NCBI RefSeq assembly: GCF_004010195.1 | Contig: NC_057720.1 | Span: 32,412,378-32,476,377 of the forward strand | Length of the DNA: 64,000 nucleotides | Source of the DNA: Chiloscyllium plagiosum | Taxonomy: Eukaryota | Direction: 5' to 3' | In this document: in pieces, positions 53,233 through 64,000 of the stretch | Layout: the number at the start of each line of letters is the position of its first letter | How positions within the stretch are numbered: the stretch's first letter is position 1 | Notes under the pieces: model-generated | What the model was told of the DNA's origin: nothing | The model's input: only the letters and a program-made list of their open reading frames with translations | Database searches by the model: none | Position numbers and translations under genes: made by a program

Positions 53233-53802
53233 GTAAGCAATTCTATTAGCGTTCGTTGTCATCCATGAGCAGAAAATATATTGAGCTTCTGTAATAAAGC
53301 CCTACTTATAAAACTAATTTCATAAAATATTTTAGCTACTGCTTTCTCTCCCATCCCTACCTTTCCATAAAATTGTAGCTAGATGATCTGTTTCTAGATT
53401 TGGGATGATTGAGTTTTCCAGAATTTCGGTTATGGAGATTCAGAATATATTGTCAAGTCTTTTGAGCCACTTTCCTTACAATTCTAAATGCTGCTTTGGT
53501 GAATATTTCTCTCAACTCTTAATAGCATTTAATTTCATGTAAGGTGAAGGCAACTGTTGACTCTTACTGAAACCAGTTGCATTGAATTAGCATACTCCTT
53601 AAGTTAAAAAAAAGGTTAATAATTAAATTTGTTACACTAGAAAATAAAGCATTGTTGCTGTGGTTCTGTTCGCCGAGCTGGAAGTTTTTGTTGCAAACGT
53701 TTCGTCCCCTGTCTAATAAAGCATTGTGTAGATTGCATGCCTTTAAGACTTAAAAATGTATGCATATGTGCATTTTTAAAAATATGCATTCCCTCCTAAT
53801 TA

Positions 53803-54012
53803 GGAGAAAGTGAGGACTGCAGATCAGAGCTGAAAAATGTGTTGCTGGAAAAGCGCAGCAGGTCAGGCAGCATCCAAAGAGCAGGAGAATCGACGTTTCG
53901 GGCATAAGCCCTTCAGGAATCATTCCTGAAGAAAGGCTTATGCCCGAAACGTCGATTCTCCTGCTCCTTGGATGCTGCCTGACCTGCTATGCTTTTCCAG
54001 CAACACATTTTT
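53803..54012. mobile_element. Young fold-back family A pLTR pair with 16-bp TSD
   Basis: cattccctcctaatta at 53787-53802 and 54013-54028. The two arms meet at ggaat/cattcc (about 53920). The + arm has CTGAAGA (53926)...GAAAcGTC. Confidence 0.92.
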
Positions 54013-54729
54013 CATTCCCTCCTAATTACCATATAATACAGCAAATAAGATTCAATATCAAGATCCTTTGTGTAGGAGAGTGGTCTTGGCAAATATGCTG
54101 GAATTGAGCAAGAGGTTACTCACCTCCTTGATTCTCAGATCTTTCCAACCATTTAAATGGCACAAGTCAGAAGTATGATGGAATAATCTGAACTTGTCTG
54201 GATGGCTGCAACTCCAAGTAAACACCATCCAAGACACAGCAACCTGCTTTATTGGCACCCCATTTAATACCTTAAGCATTCACTCCCCCCACCACCAGCA
54301 CAAAGCAGCAGCAGTATGTAGCATCTACACGATGCACTGTAACAACGCATCAAAGCTCCTCTGACAGCATCTTCTGGACGCACAATCTTTACCACCCAGA
54401 AGGATGAGGACAGCAGATGCCTGGAAACAGCTCTACCTGTAAGTCCCCTCCAAGCCACATACCGTCCTGAGTTAGAACTAGACAACTGTTTCTTCACTTA
54501 CACTCGGTCTATATGCTAGAGCTCCCTCCTTAACATCACTGTAGATATATCTAAATCACATGAACTGTAGCTATTCAAGAATCTAGCTATCTGTGAATGA
54601 ACAAAAAAAGTCATTTTCTCAAAAGAATATAGTCTGCAATATAGAAATTTAAGTAACTGAATTACACTTGTTCTTCTATCTGCTTGGACACTTTTGGATT
54701 GTTTATTCATTCAATTGATATGGGCATCA

Positions 54730-55168
54730 TAGAACATTACAGTGCAGTACAGGCCCTTTGGCCCTCGGTGTTGTGCCGACCTGTGAAACCAATCTGAAGC
54801 CTATCTAACCTACACTATTCCATTATCATCCATATGTTTATCCAATCACCATTTAAATGCTCTTGAAGTTGGCGAGTCTACTACTTTTGCAGGCAGGGCA
54901 TTCCATGCCCTTACTACTCACTGAGTAAAGAACCTACCTCTGATATCTGCCCTATATCTATCACCTCTCAATTTAAAGCTATATCCCCTCATGCTAGCCA
55001 TCACCATCGAAGGGAAAAGACTCTCACTGTCCACCCTATCTAATCCTCTGATCATCTTGTTTTTCTCTATTAAGTCACCTCTTAATCTTCTTCTCTCTAA
55101 CAAAAACAGCCTGAAGTCCCTCAGCTTTTCCTTATAAGACCTTCCCTCCATACCAGGCAACACCCTGA
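54730..55168 (-). mobile_element. CR1 LINE 3' fragment
   Basis: ORF 54918..55196 (LERRRLRGDLIE...RGRFFTQ). Confidence 0.88.
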
Positions 55169-58100
55169 ATCGGCTAAGCCAGCATTTATTGCCCATTCGT
55201 AATTGCCCCTGAGAGGCTGGTGGTGCTCTACTACCCCGAGGTACTGCAATGTAGGTACACGCTTCCTGTTAGGAAGCAAGTTCCAAGATTCTTACACAGT
55301 GACAATAAATCAGTGGTAATATGATTTCAAGTCAGAATTCTGTGGCTTGGAGGAGTACTTGCACATGGTGGTGTTCCCATATATTTGCTGCTGTTGTACT
55401 TCTGGGTGGTAATAATTGTTTGGAAAGTTCTATCAAAGGAATCTTGATTAGTTGTTGCAGTGCATCTTGTCAATGATATATAATACTGTCACAGTATGTC
55501 AGCGGTGGAGGAACTGAGTCATGAACATATAATTGGGAAACTAATCAAGCTTTGTCCTGGATGTTATTGAGCTTTTTGAGTGTTGGAACTGCACTTAGCT
55601 AGGAAAATCAGTGAGTTGGCATGATAGATGAAGGGGAAAAGATGATGGGTGGAAGTAGGCACTAAGTTAGCGTAGGGATATTTCAAATGAAAATGCCAAA
55701 TGATGGAGAACTCCTCCTGTTTATTGAGTGGAAATATTTGACATTTTAAGACTAGAGCTTAAGGTATTGGCCACTTATGTGAAGTGTTTGTTTTCATAAA
55801 GGATTTTTTCTTGCAGCGTCACTATGGGATTTTTGTTTTTGTTTCTGAGAGAATGTGCTTTTCTCAAGAGTGATATCACCAATAGACTAGTCACTTTATT
55901 TTCTTTATAGTATCTCTGACTTAATGCTGCGTAATCGAAGAGATGAGTTGGCATGGAGAACAAAGGGAAAAGTGTGGTGGATGAGATATGTAAATTGATC
56001 CTGTGTTGGGAGCTATAAAGGACCATGGCAAAGATTTAGGGCATATGGATGTGCATGACCATGAGAGAGAGGCATAGGGTGGCACAATAAGCATCAAGGA
56101 CCATTGGAGTTCGTAAATGGGCATAAGATTGCCCAAGGTGTATGAGGGGCTATGAAGGGTGGGTGCAGGAGTCTAGGTTAGCATGGGATATGGATAGAGA
56201 GTGAAGGGGTAAGAGCAGGAGAAATGTTTTCTGTTTTAAAACTATTTTTAAACTCTGAACATCCTTCCCATCCTTCCTTGGGAATCAGACAGCCTCTTAG
56301 CCTCTTTGGAGTCACCTGACCTGACTCCTAATCCAGGATGCAGTCCTGGGCCAAAAATTAAAAGTGCAGGCTGCCATTTTTAAAGGTTGAGTTGGCGGAG
56401 CAAGGAATTCTCCTGACTCTGCTGGTGCATCTCTTTGGATGAGCCACAGCTTGTTCTTTCCTTTCTCCATTCTATAAGGATTTGACTTGGCTTCATTGAG
56501 CATCTGCTAACAGCCCTCACTGAGATCAGGCAATCAGTCTTTGTTTCTTTAATTTAAATAGAGTACTACATGTTTTGATATTGCTTTCTTTCCCACATCT
56601 GGTTGCCAAAGAATGGGACTTGGCATCTTGCCAGCTGTCAAATATGTATCTCTTTGCTGAATGCTTAATAGTGCAATTAAAATGTTGAATTATTTTATTA
56701 CATGTTTACCCCATAGTCTACTATGTTGGAAAAGACATTACCAATGCATAAACACTGTTTAGTTTAATTGAAAATGTGTTGAATTTTATTATACAAATAA
56801 TTACAATTTAAAGACAGTATTCTGAGCTTTATTGTTTTAAACATCCTTTATTATTTTAAACATTGCAGGATAAAATGTTTTCAGGGCATTTAACTTTTTC
56901 ATTAAACAATGAAACATTTGGTTTACAGTAAATACATATGACAGCTGGCAGCAATGCCATTACCACATTCTTCTGCAAGCCCAGAGAACAATAAAACTTC
57001 TCTCTAGTGTGTTTCTCTGTCTTTCAGTTGCCTTGACTAGTATCTTTTTTTAAATATGGAAAATCTTTGAGTATGCTCTCCTGTTTATGGCAAGTTAAAT
57101 CTTCATGAAGCATGATGTGTTTATTTAGATGATTATTTATGAAGAATTTATTAAAATTTCAGATCAATCAGAAAATAATTCAAGAGCCTGAGTAAGTAGT
57201 GTTGGTGTTGACTTAAAAGGCCTGCGAGCATTAGTCAGATAAAACTGTTCATTCCACAGATCAGTTAGCCTAAGTCTGTTCATGCAGGTGTCACTGGCAA
57301 GCCTAACATTCTTTCACCTATCTCTAATTGTCCTTGAGAAGGTGTTAGTGGACTTCCACAAGCTGTTGAACAAATTGAATAATCCTAGATATAATCAGCT
57401 AGAAACTTCTTTAAAAAATAAAAATCTGTATAATTTTGCCTCCAGAAGTAATAAAATAAAACATTGGGACCAATTTAATATTGGAACTTCAAAGTAGGTC
57501 AACCATTTTTGTTCTTCAAATGTGTCTGTGTGACCTAGGCTTGTGGGAACTGCTGAGACAATATATTATCTTCATTCTGAGTAGCACTTTGCTTTTTGAG
57601 GGATGGAATGAGAGAAGAGAATTCCTTAAATAACTGGAATCAAGAATCCAGCAGTCCAATTACGGTGCTCGTTGGTTCTTTACTAATGACTGAAAGTGAC
57701 ACACATTATTCAAACATCGTAACGTCTTTTAGACTAAAACTCTGTACTGGATAGCAACATTTTACAATTCTTTTTTCCCTAGAAAAAGTGCAGATCCAAC
57801 CGAGTGTGAGACAAAGTATTTTCATATAGCTCCTTTTCCAGCAGACAATGCATTTTAGCACCTCAGAGCATCACAGCAATAATGACAATGAGATTAAAAT
57901 TTGAAAGCAAAAGCGTGAAGGTTTTTTACCTTGATGAAAAAAGGTGAGCAAAACTTGGAATGGCAGAATTCCCAGTTAGGAAATGCATTTTGCACATTTA
58001 CAGGAATCTACTCGGAGAGCAATCTGAGTAAAAGTCTGAGACAATGATTCCAAGGATTGGAGCTCCCCCCCACCCCAAGCAATAGACATGCTATAAAAAC

Positions 58101-58333
58101 CATGATAAAGTAAAACTGCTATTTGAAGTCAAGGTGGTAGTTTGAAATATTTAAAATGCATATCAATTGAGGTACTATGAGGTTACTTAGGACCTTGACA
58201 TTTTTAACACAAAATTGCAGACTCATTAGCATTCAACCTACTAAGTAAAATATCGTGAAATTTGCTTCTGAAAGCCACTGGATGAGTGGCAAAGTGCTTT
58301 ATATATATACACAATTAGCTTTTTAGCTTGAGG

Positions 58334-60290
58334 AGTGCATATTACAGAGGAGGAAGTGCTGGATGTCTTGAAACGCATAAAGATGGATAAATCCCCAGGA
58401 CCTGATCAGGTGTACCCTAGAGCTCTGTGGGAAGCTAGAGAAGTGATTGCTGGGCCTCTTGCTGAGATATTTGTATCATCAATAGTTACAGGTGAGGAGC
58501 CGGAAGCCTGGAGGTCGGCTAACGTGGTTCCACTGTTTAAGAACAGTGATAAGGACAAGCCAGGGAACTGTAGACCAGTGAGCCTGATGTCAGTGGTGGG
58601 CAAGTTGTTGGAGGGAATCCTGAGGGCACAGGATGTACATGTATTTGGAATGGCAAGGACTGATTAGGGATAGTCAACATGGCTTTGTGCGTGGGAAATC
58701 ATGTCGCACAAACTTGATTGAGTTTTTTGAAGAAGGAGCAAAGAGAATTGATGAGGGCAGAGCAGTTGATGTGAGCTATATGGACTTCAGTAAGGTGTTC
58801 GACAAGGTTCCCCATGGGAGACTGATTAGCAAGATTAGATCTCACAGAATACAGGGAGAACTAGTCACTTGGATACAGAACTGGCTCAAAGGTAGAAGAG
58901 AGAGGGTGGTGGTGGAGGGTTGTTTTTCAGACTGNNNNNNNNNNNNNNNNNNNNNNNNNNNNNNNNNNNNNNNNNNNNNNNNNNNNNNNNNNNNNNNNNN
59001 NNNNNNNNNNNNNNNNNNNNNNNNNNNNNNNNNNNNNNNNNNNNNNNNNNNNNNNNNNNNNNNNNNNNNNNNNNNNNNNNNNNNNNNNNNNNNNNNNNNN
59101 NNNNNNNNNNNNNNNNNNNNNNNNNNNNNNNNNNNNNNNNNNNNNNNNNNNNNNNNNNNNNNNNNNNNNNNNNNNNNNNNNNNNNNNNNNNNNNNNNNNN
59201 NNNNNNNNNNNNNNNNNNNNNNNNNNNNNNNNNNNNNNNNNNNNNNNNNNNNNNNNNNNNNNNNNNNNNNNNNNNNNNNNNNNNNNNNNNNNNNNNNNNN
59301 NNNNNNNNNNNNNNNNNNNNNNNNNNNNNNNNNNNNNNNNNNNNNNNNNNNNNNNNNNNNNNNNNNNNNNNNNNNNNNNNNNNNNNNNNNNNNNNNNNNN
59401 NNNNNNNNNNNNNNNNNNNNNNNNNNNNNNNNNNNNNNNNNNNNNNNNNNNNNNNNNNNNNNNNNNNNNNNNNNNNNNNNNNNNNNNNNNNNNNNNNNNN
59501 NNNNNNNNNNNNNNNNNNNNNNNNNNNNNNNNNNNNNNNNNNNNNNNNNNNNNNNNNNNNNNNNNNNNNNNNNNNNNNNNNNNNNNNNNNNNNNNNNNNN
59601 NNNNNNNNNNNNNNNNNNNNNNNNNNNNNNNNNNNNNNNNNNNNNNNNNNNNNNNNNNNNNNNNNNNNNNNNNNNNNNNNNNNNNNNNNNNNNNNNNNNN
59701 NNNNNNNNNNNNNNNNNNNNNNNNNNNNNNNNNNNNNNNNNNNNNNNNNNNNNNNNNNNNNNNNNNNNNNNNNNNNNNNNNNNNNNNNNNNNNNNNNNNN
59801 NNNNNNNNNNNNNNNNNNNNNNNNNNNNNNNNNNNNNNNNNNNNNNNNNNNNNNNNNNNNNNNNNNNNNNNNNNNNNNNNNNNNNNNNNNNNNNNGGCTG
59901 AGGGGTGACCTTATAGAGGTTTACAAAACCATGAGGAGCATGGATAGGATAAATAGACAAAGTCTTTTCCCTGGGATGGGGGTGTCCAGAACTAGAGGGC
60001 ATAGGTTTAGGGTGAGAGGGGAAAGATATAAAAGAGACCTAAGGGGCAACGTTCTCACACAGAGGGTGGTACGTGTATGGAATGAGCTGTCAAAGGAAGT
60101 GGTGGAGTCTGGTACAATTGCAACATTTAAAAGGCATTTGGATGGATATATGAATAGGAAGGTTTTGGAGGGATATGGGCCGGGTGCTGGCAGGTGGGAT
60201 TAGATTGGGTTGGGATATCTGGTCGGCATTGACGGGTTGGACCGAAGGGTCAGTTTCCATGCTGTACTTCTCTGTGACTCTATGAGTATA
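58334..60290 (+). mobile_element. Young CR1/HER1-like LINE spanning an assembly gap
   Basis: ORFs KSPGPDQVYPR...PGNCRPVSL, SQHGFVRGKSC.TNL...DFSKVFDKVPH, and after the gap LRGDLIEVYK...WNEL. Confidence 0.93.
58935..59895. other. Assembly gap (961 N)
   Basis: Run of n. Confidence 1.
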
Positions 60291-61269
60291 GGTTTCTGAC
60301 TTTTTTCACTTAATCTACCCTGAATAAGCACATAGCGCTTATTGTGAGCATCATTTGTGTTTTATAACTTGGAATGGAGTTAGACAAGTAATATTATTAG
60401 GAGCTTTGATACCCTGGAAGATTAGTTTTGGAAGGCAACAAAATGTCTTTTGGCTAAGAGCAAGTTTTCTGGGCATCTTGAAGCATAGTGCATTATTAAA
60501 ACTGCACTCCTCCGAGTAAGCTAGTCTCTATAGTTTCCTGTTGGCTGTTGTCTGAGGTAATCATCTTTATGCCTGTGGCTGTCAAAGTCATACAACCCTC
60601 AACATATTTGGCTCTTTCCAGGTACATATGCATTTTCCACAAGCAAGTCACCAAAGCTGTATTTTCCAAGATCAACCAATGCATCAACCTTTTATGAATG
60701 CCAACACTCTGCTGTTTATTGTACAGCAAAGACTGCCCCTCCGGTATATCCAAAGAGTCTTCCATGGCATCAGAAGAGAGGTCCTTTGACCAATAGGGTA
60801 ATCATTAGATACACAGAAGGCACAGTTTCTGCTGCCTAAGTAGTTATGGGAATGATGACAATATGCTGACTATATCATTCTTGTGTGTTACATATTGCAC
60901 AGCGTTCTGATTATAGAAATTGAAGGAGCAGAGCAGTAACAGCTGTCATCATCTGCTGAGGAAAACTGAGATGAAAAAGTGGCAGAAGTAGGATGACGCC
61001 CTCCAAAATTCCTTACAATCAACCCCACCAGTGATGTGTTGATACCTTTCTAATGGAAATTACCTAAAGCTCTTCTACATTAGTAGACATTATTATTTTC
61101 TTTGCTACTCCTTTACCCCTTTTAAGAACTTTTATATTGTTTTATATGAATGGCATACAACAATGCAGCTTCAGAAACTACTATGAAAAGGCAGCTTCAC
61201 CAATGACCTCCTCTGCATTATAAGTATGGTATTGACCGATTGCATCATGAATTTGCAGCAAGACATGGG

Positions 61270-61560
61270 TAGATTAGATTAGATTCCCTACAGTATGGAA
61301 ACAGGCCCTTTGCCCAACAACCCCACACCAACTTTTCAAAGAATAACCCACCCAGACCCATTCCCCTACCCTATAATTACCCCTGACTCATGTACCTAAC
61401 ACTATTGGCAATTTAGCATGGCCAATTCACCTGACCTGCGCATTTTTGGACTGTGGGAGGAAACCCACATAGATACGAGGAGAATGTGCAAACTCCAAAC
61501 AGCCAGTCACCTGAGGTGGGAATCGAACCTGGGCCCTGGCGCTGTGAGGCAGCAGTGTGA
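61270..61560 (-). mobile_element. HE1-like V-SINE
   Basis: Reverse complement of the 18620-19008 family (ggcgctgtgaggcagcagtg, tttagcatggccaattcacctgacc) with an agatt-repeat tail. Confidence 0.88.
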
Positions 61561-64000
61561 CAATGTGACTTGCCACTGACATGCCAAGCAATAACCATTG
61601 CTGAATTCTCACTATTAACTTCCCAATGGTTACCATTAACTAGAAACCCAACTGAACCAGCCATTTAAATACTGTGGCTATAAGAGGAGATCACACTGAG
61701 AATTCTGTAGTAAATAATTTGCCTACTAACTCCTAAATCCTGACACCTATCAACAAAGCAAAAGTCAGGAGTATGATGCAGCTCCATCAACACTCAAAAT
61801 GCTTGACACCATCCAGGATACAGCAAGCCTGCTTGATTGACACTTCATCCATGACCATCAATGCACAGTGACAGCAGTGTGTACCATGTACAAGATACTC
61901 TGCAGCAACTCACCAAGCTCCTTCAACAACACCTTCCAAACTTGCAACCGTTACCATGTAGGACCTGAGCAGCAGGTGCATGAGTTCCCGAGTCTGGATG
62001 ACTCTCCTCTCAGCTTCTATCCAGATGGATATAAAAGTCTGCTGAAGGCTCCCTGGTACCACAGTGTGAGAACCTGCCTGTTGGAATCAGATTCCATCAT
62101 TACTTCAGAAAGGGTATGGATACTTTTTAACAGACTTCCAAATATCCCATGTAATTGCTTGTGTGATATTAGCAAATGAACATTAAATGCCTAAGTTTCA
62201 AGTTTTAAAATAATTAATGATTGGGTGAGATTGTACAATTGTTACTGCCAGCCTTCTAACCAAGGACTAATAGCTATGATGGTTGCAGAGATGCCAGGGT
62301 CTAAAGAACCAAGGGGTAGGTTGCTAGGGTTAAAAATAGTGATTGACTTTTGTGTTTTCGTCAGTAACATTTCTGGATTTGATGTGCCTTTTAAATGAAA
62401 ACATGGTACAGAAGAAGCAGCATGATCTGTGATGCTGCTCTCACTGATCAGCTGGGTAGGGGACGCCAGTGCAATTTGCCCAGGCAGCTCATGGTGATTG
62501 CACTATGACAATATATAGTTACAATCAGTGGAAATCAGGATGGTGGGAGAGAGAGGAGCTCTCCATTGACTGGTCTCAAACCAAACATATTAACAAGAAG
62601 CTCGTATTCGCTGGAATTTAAAAGAGTTAGAAGTAACTTGATTGAACTGTTATAAACCTCACAAGGTAGATGTGGAGAGAATGTTGTCTCTCAGTCAAGT
62701 CACTTGTTGTTCTTTGAAGCTCCAGCAGATACAAGTCTAATCCATTTCCTCATGAGACAGCCCATTTATTTCTAGTTTTACGTCTGGTAAACCACCTCTG
62801 AACTACTTGCAGTGCATTTACATCCCTCCTTAAATAGAGTGGTCACACCAGGCAGAACAGAATTTGTTTCTTTGTTGTTGGAGGCTAATCATCCCAGGAC
62901 ATTGCAGAACTTTCTCAGGGCAATGTCCTAGGCCCAGTGTCTATAGCTGCTTCATCACTCATCTTTGCTCCATTATAACTCAAACATAAGGATGTTCACT
63001 GTTTGTGTTCAGTTCAATTTGCAACTCCACAGATAATCCAACAGGTCGATGACTGTGTTCAGCGAGACTCAGACTGTTAAGTGACAAGGAGCAATGGCCA
63101 TCTCCAATTAGCGAGAAATTAATCACTTACCATTGACCAGAAATTGACTGGACCAGCCTCATAAATGGACTAATCTCAGTAAAGAATTCTGTGTGGGTAG
63201 CGACTTGCAATGCTACCTTCTGTCAGAGAATTGATGTTAAGTTTGTGTATTGCCATTCAAGGCTTCACTTTTGGAACTCAGTTCTCCCCTCCTTGTCTTT
63301 GGAAAAGGAGAGCAAATAGAAAAAAGTGCAAAAATCATCAAGTTTGTAATTGTCCAAAAAATTTATGAAAAGAACTTCTATAGAATATGATTCTTTCAAA
63401 TGGAATGTGAGAGAAAGTAGCTTTGAGTGTCTGTCGAACCACGTCACAGTCTCATGTGGATGATTGCACAGCAACAGTGGACAGAAACGTGGGTACAGGT
63501 TCCCTTTGTTCTTTGGTCAGAAATTGTTTATATTATGGTGAAGATAGATTAACAGTAATGCAAAAGTTTCCTTTTCAAAACTGAAAATATACAAGGTACA
63601 GTACGTCACTGATACAATATTTTATTATTAAATTATTTTGCAGAAAGTAATATTGAATGAATCTATTGGTCAGTTTTTCTGATTGAAAAACTTAGATAAA
63701 TGATCATTTTATTTCTCACAATATTTTAATCATCCTTTTGTACTGTATACACAAAAATTGTATGTTTAATCATGTAAGCCAACCTGCAACCCTTGGTCCT
63801 GAGGAAATGAGCTTCTTGGTGGTCCTGGCCTGGGATCTAACCTTTTACACTAAAAGCTATCACAGGCAGCAGCAATTTACTCTTGAGTTTGCAAACAGAT
63901 TTCTCTTCCTCCCTACCCAAAGTAAGGGGAAGTTAGCTTTACACTAAGCTCTCTGTTGTCCTGACATTTGAATTTCATACAAAAGGGTCATTGTCCTGAG

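Noticed and set aside
57770..57830. Acceptor-like ttttttccctAG as the EIF2B3 terminal exon
   Set aside because: Splicing to the phase-1 T gives an immediate TAA and there is no similarity to the expected KRVNEVIVG-like C-terminus. The same applies to ttttgcAG at about 63643.
58633..60203. Long ORFs of 386-427 aa
   Set aside because: Artefacts of translating through the N gap inside a CR1 LINE.
60496..60765. 89-aa minus-strand ORF
   Set aside because: No recognisable domain or splice support; the length is compatible with chance.
1..64000. CRISPR array or prokaryotic operon-type system
   Set aside because: The sequence is eukaryotic intronic DNA; its repeats are dispersed retroelements, not regularly spaced repeat-spacer units.

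Overview
Vertebrate genomic DNA, AT-rich and repeat-dense. The HE1/V-SINE, HER1-like CR1 and DeuSINE repeats point to a cartilaginous fish, probably a shark. The window lies inside one + strand gene, EIF2B3 (eIF2B gamma subunit). Five in-frame coding exons (8889-9016, 11110-11300, 25201-25278, 28741-28889, 53129-53232) have canonical AG/GT sites; the upstream exons and the terminal exon were not found in the window. The introns contain CR1 and RTE LINE fragments, tRNA-derived SINEs, a Tigger-like MITE, a solo-LTR candidate and an assembly gap (58935-59895). The most striking signal is a set of about 20 Penelope-like (GIY-YIG) pseudo-LTR copies from at least four to five families. Many carry a minimal type-I hammerhead ribozyme motif (CUGANGA-stem II-GAAA-palindrome-UH). 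Many are tiny, TSD-flanked or fold-back insertions that start almost exactly at the ribozyme, and several keep an intact core, including one on the pre-mRNA strand about 80 nt after an EIF2B3 exon. All calls are by eye; repeat boundaries are approximate and no database search was run.
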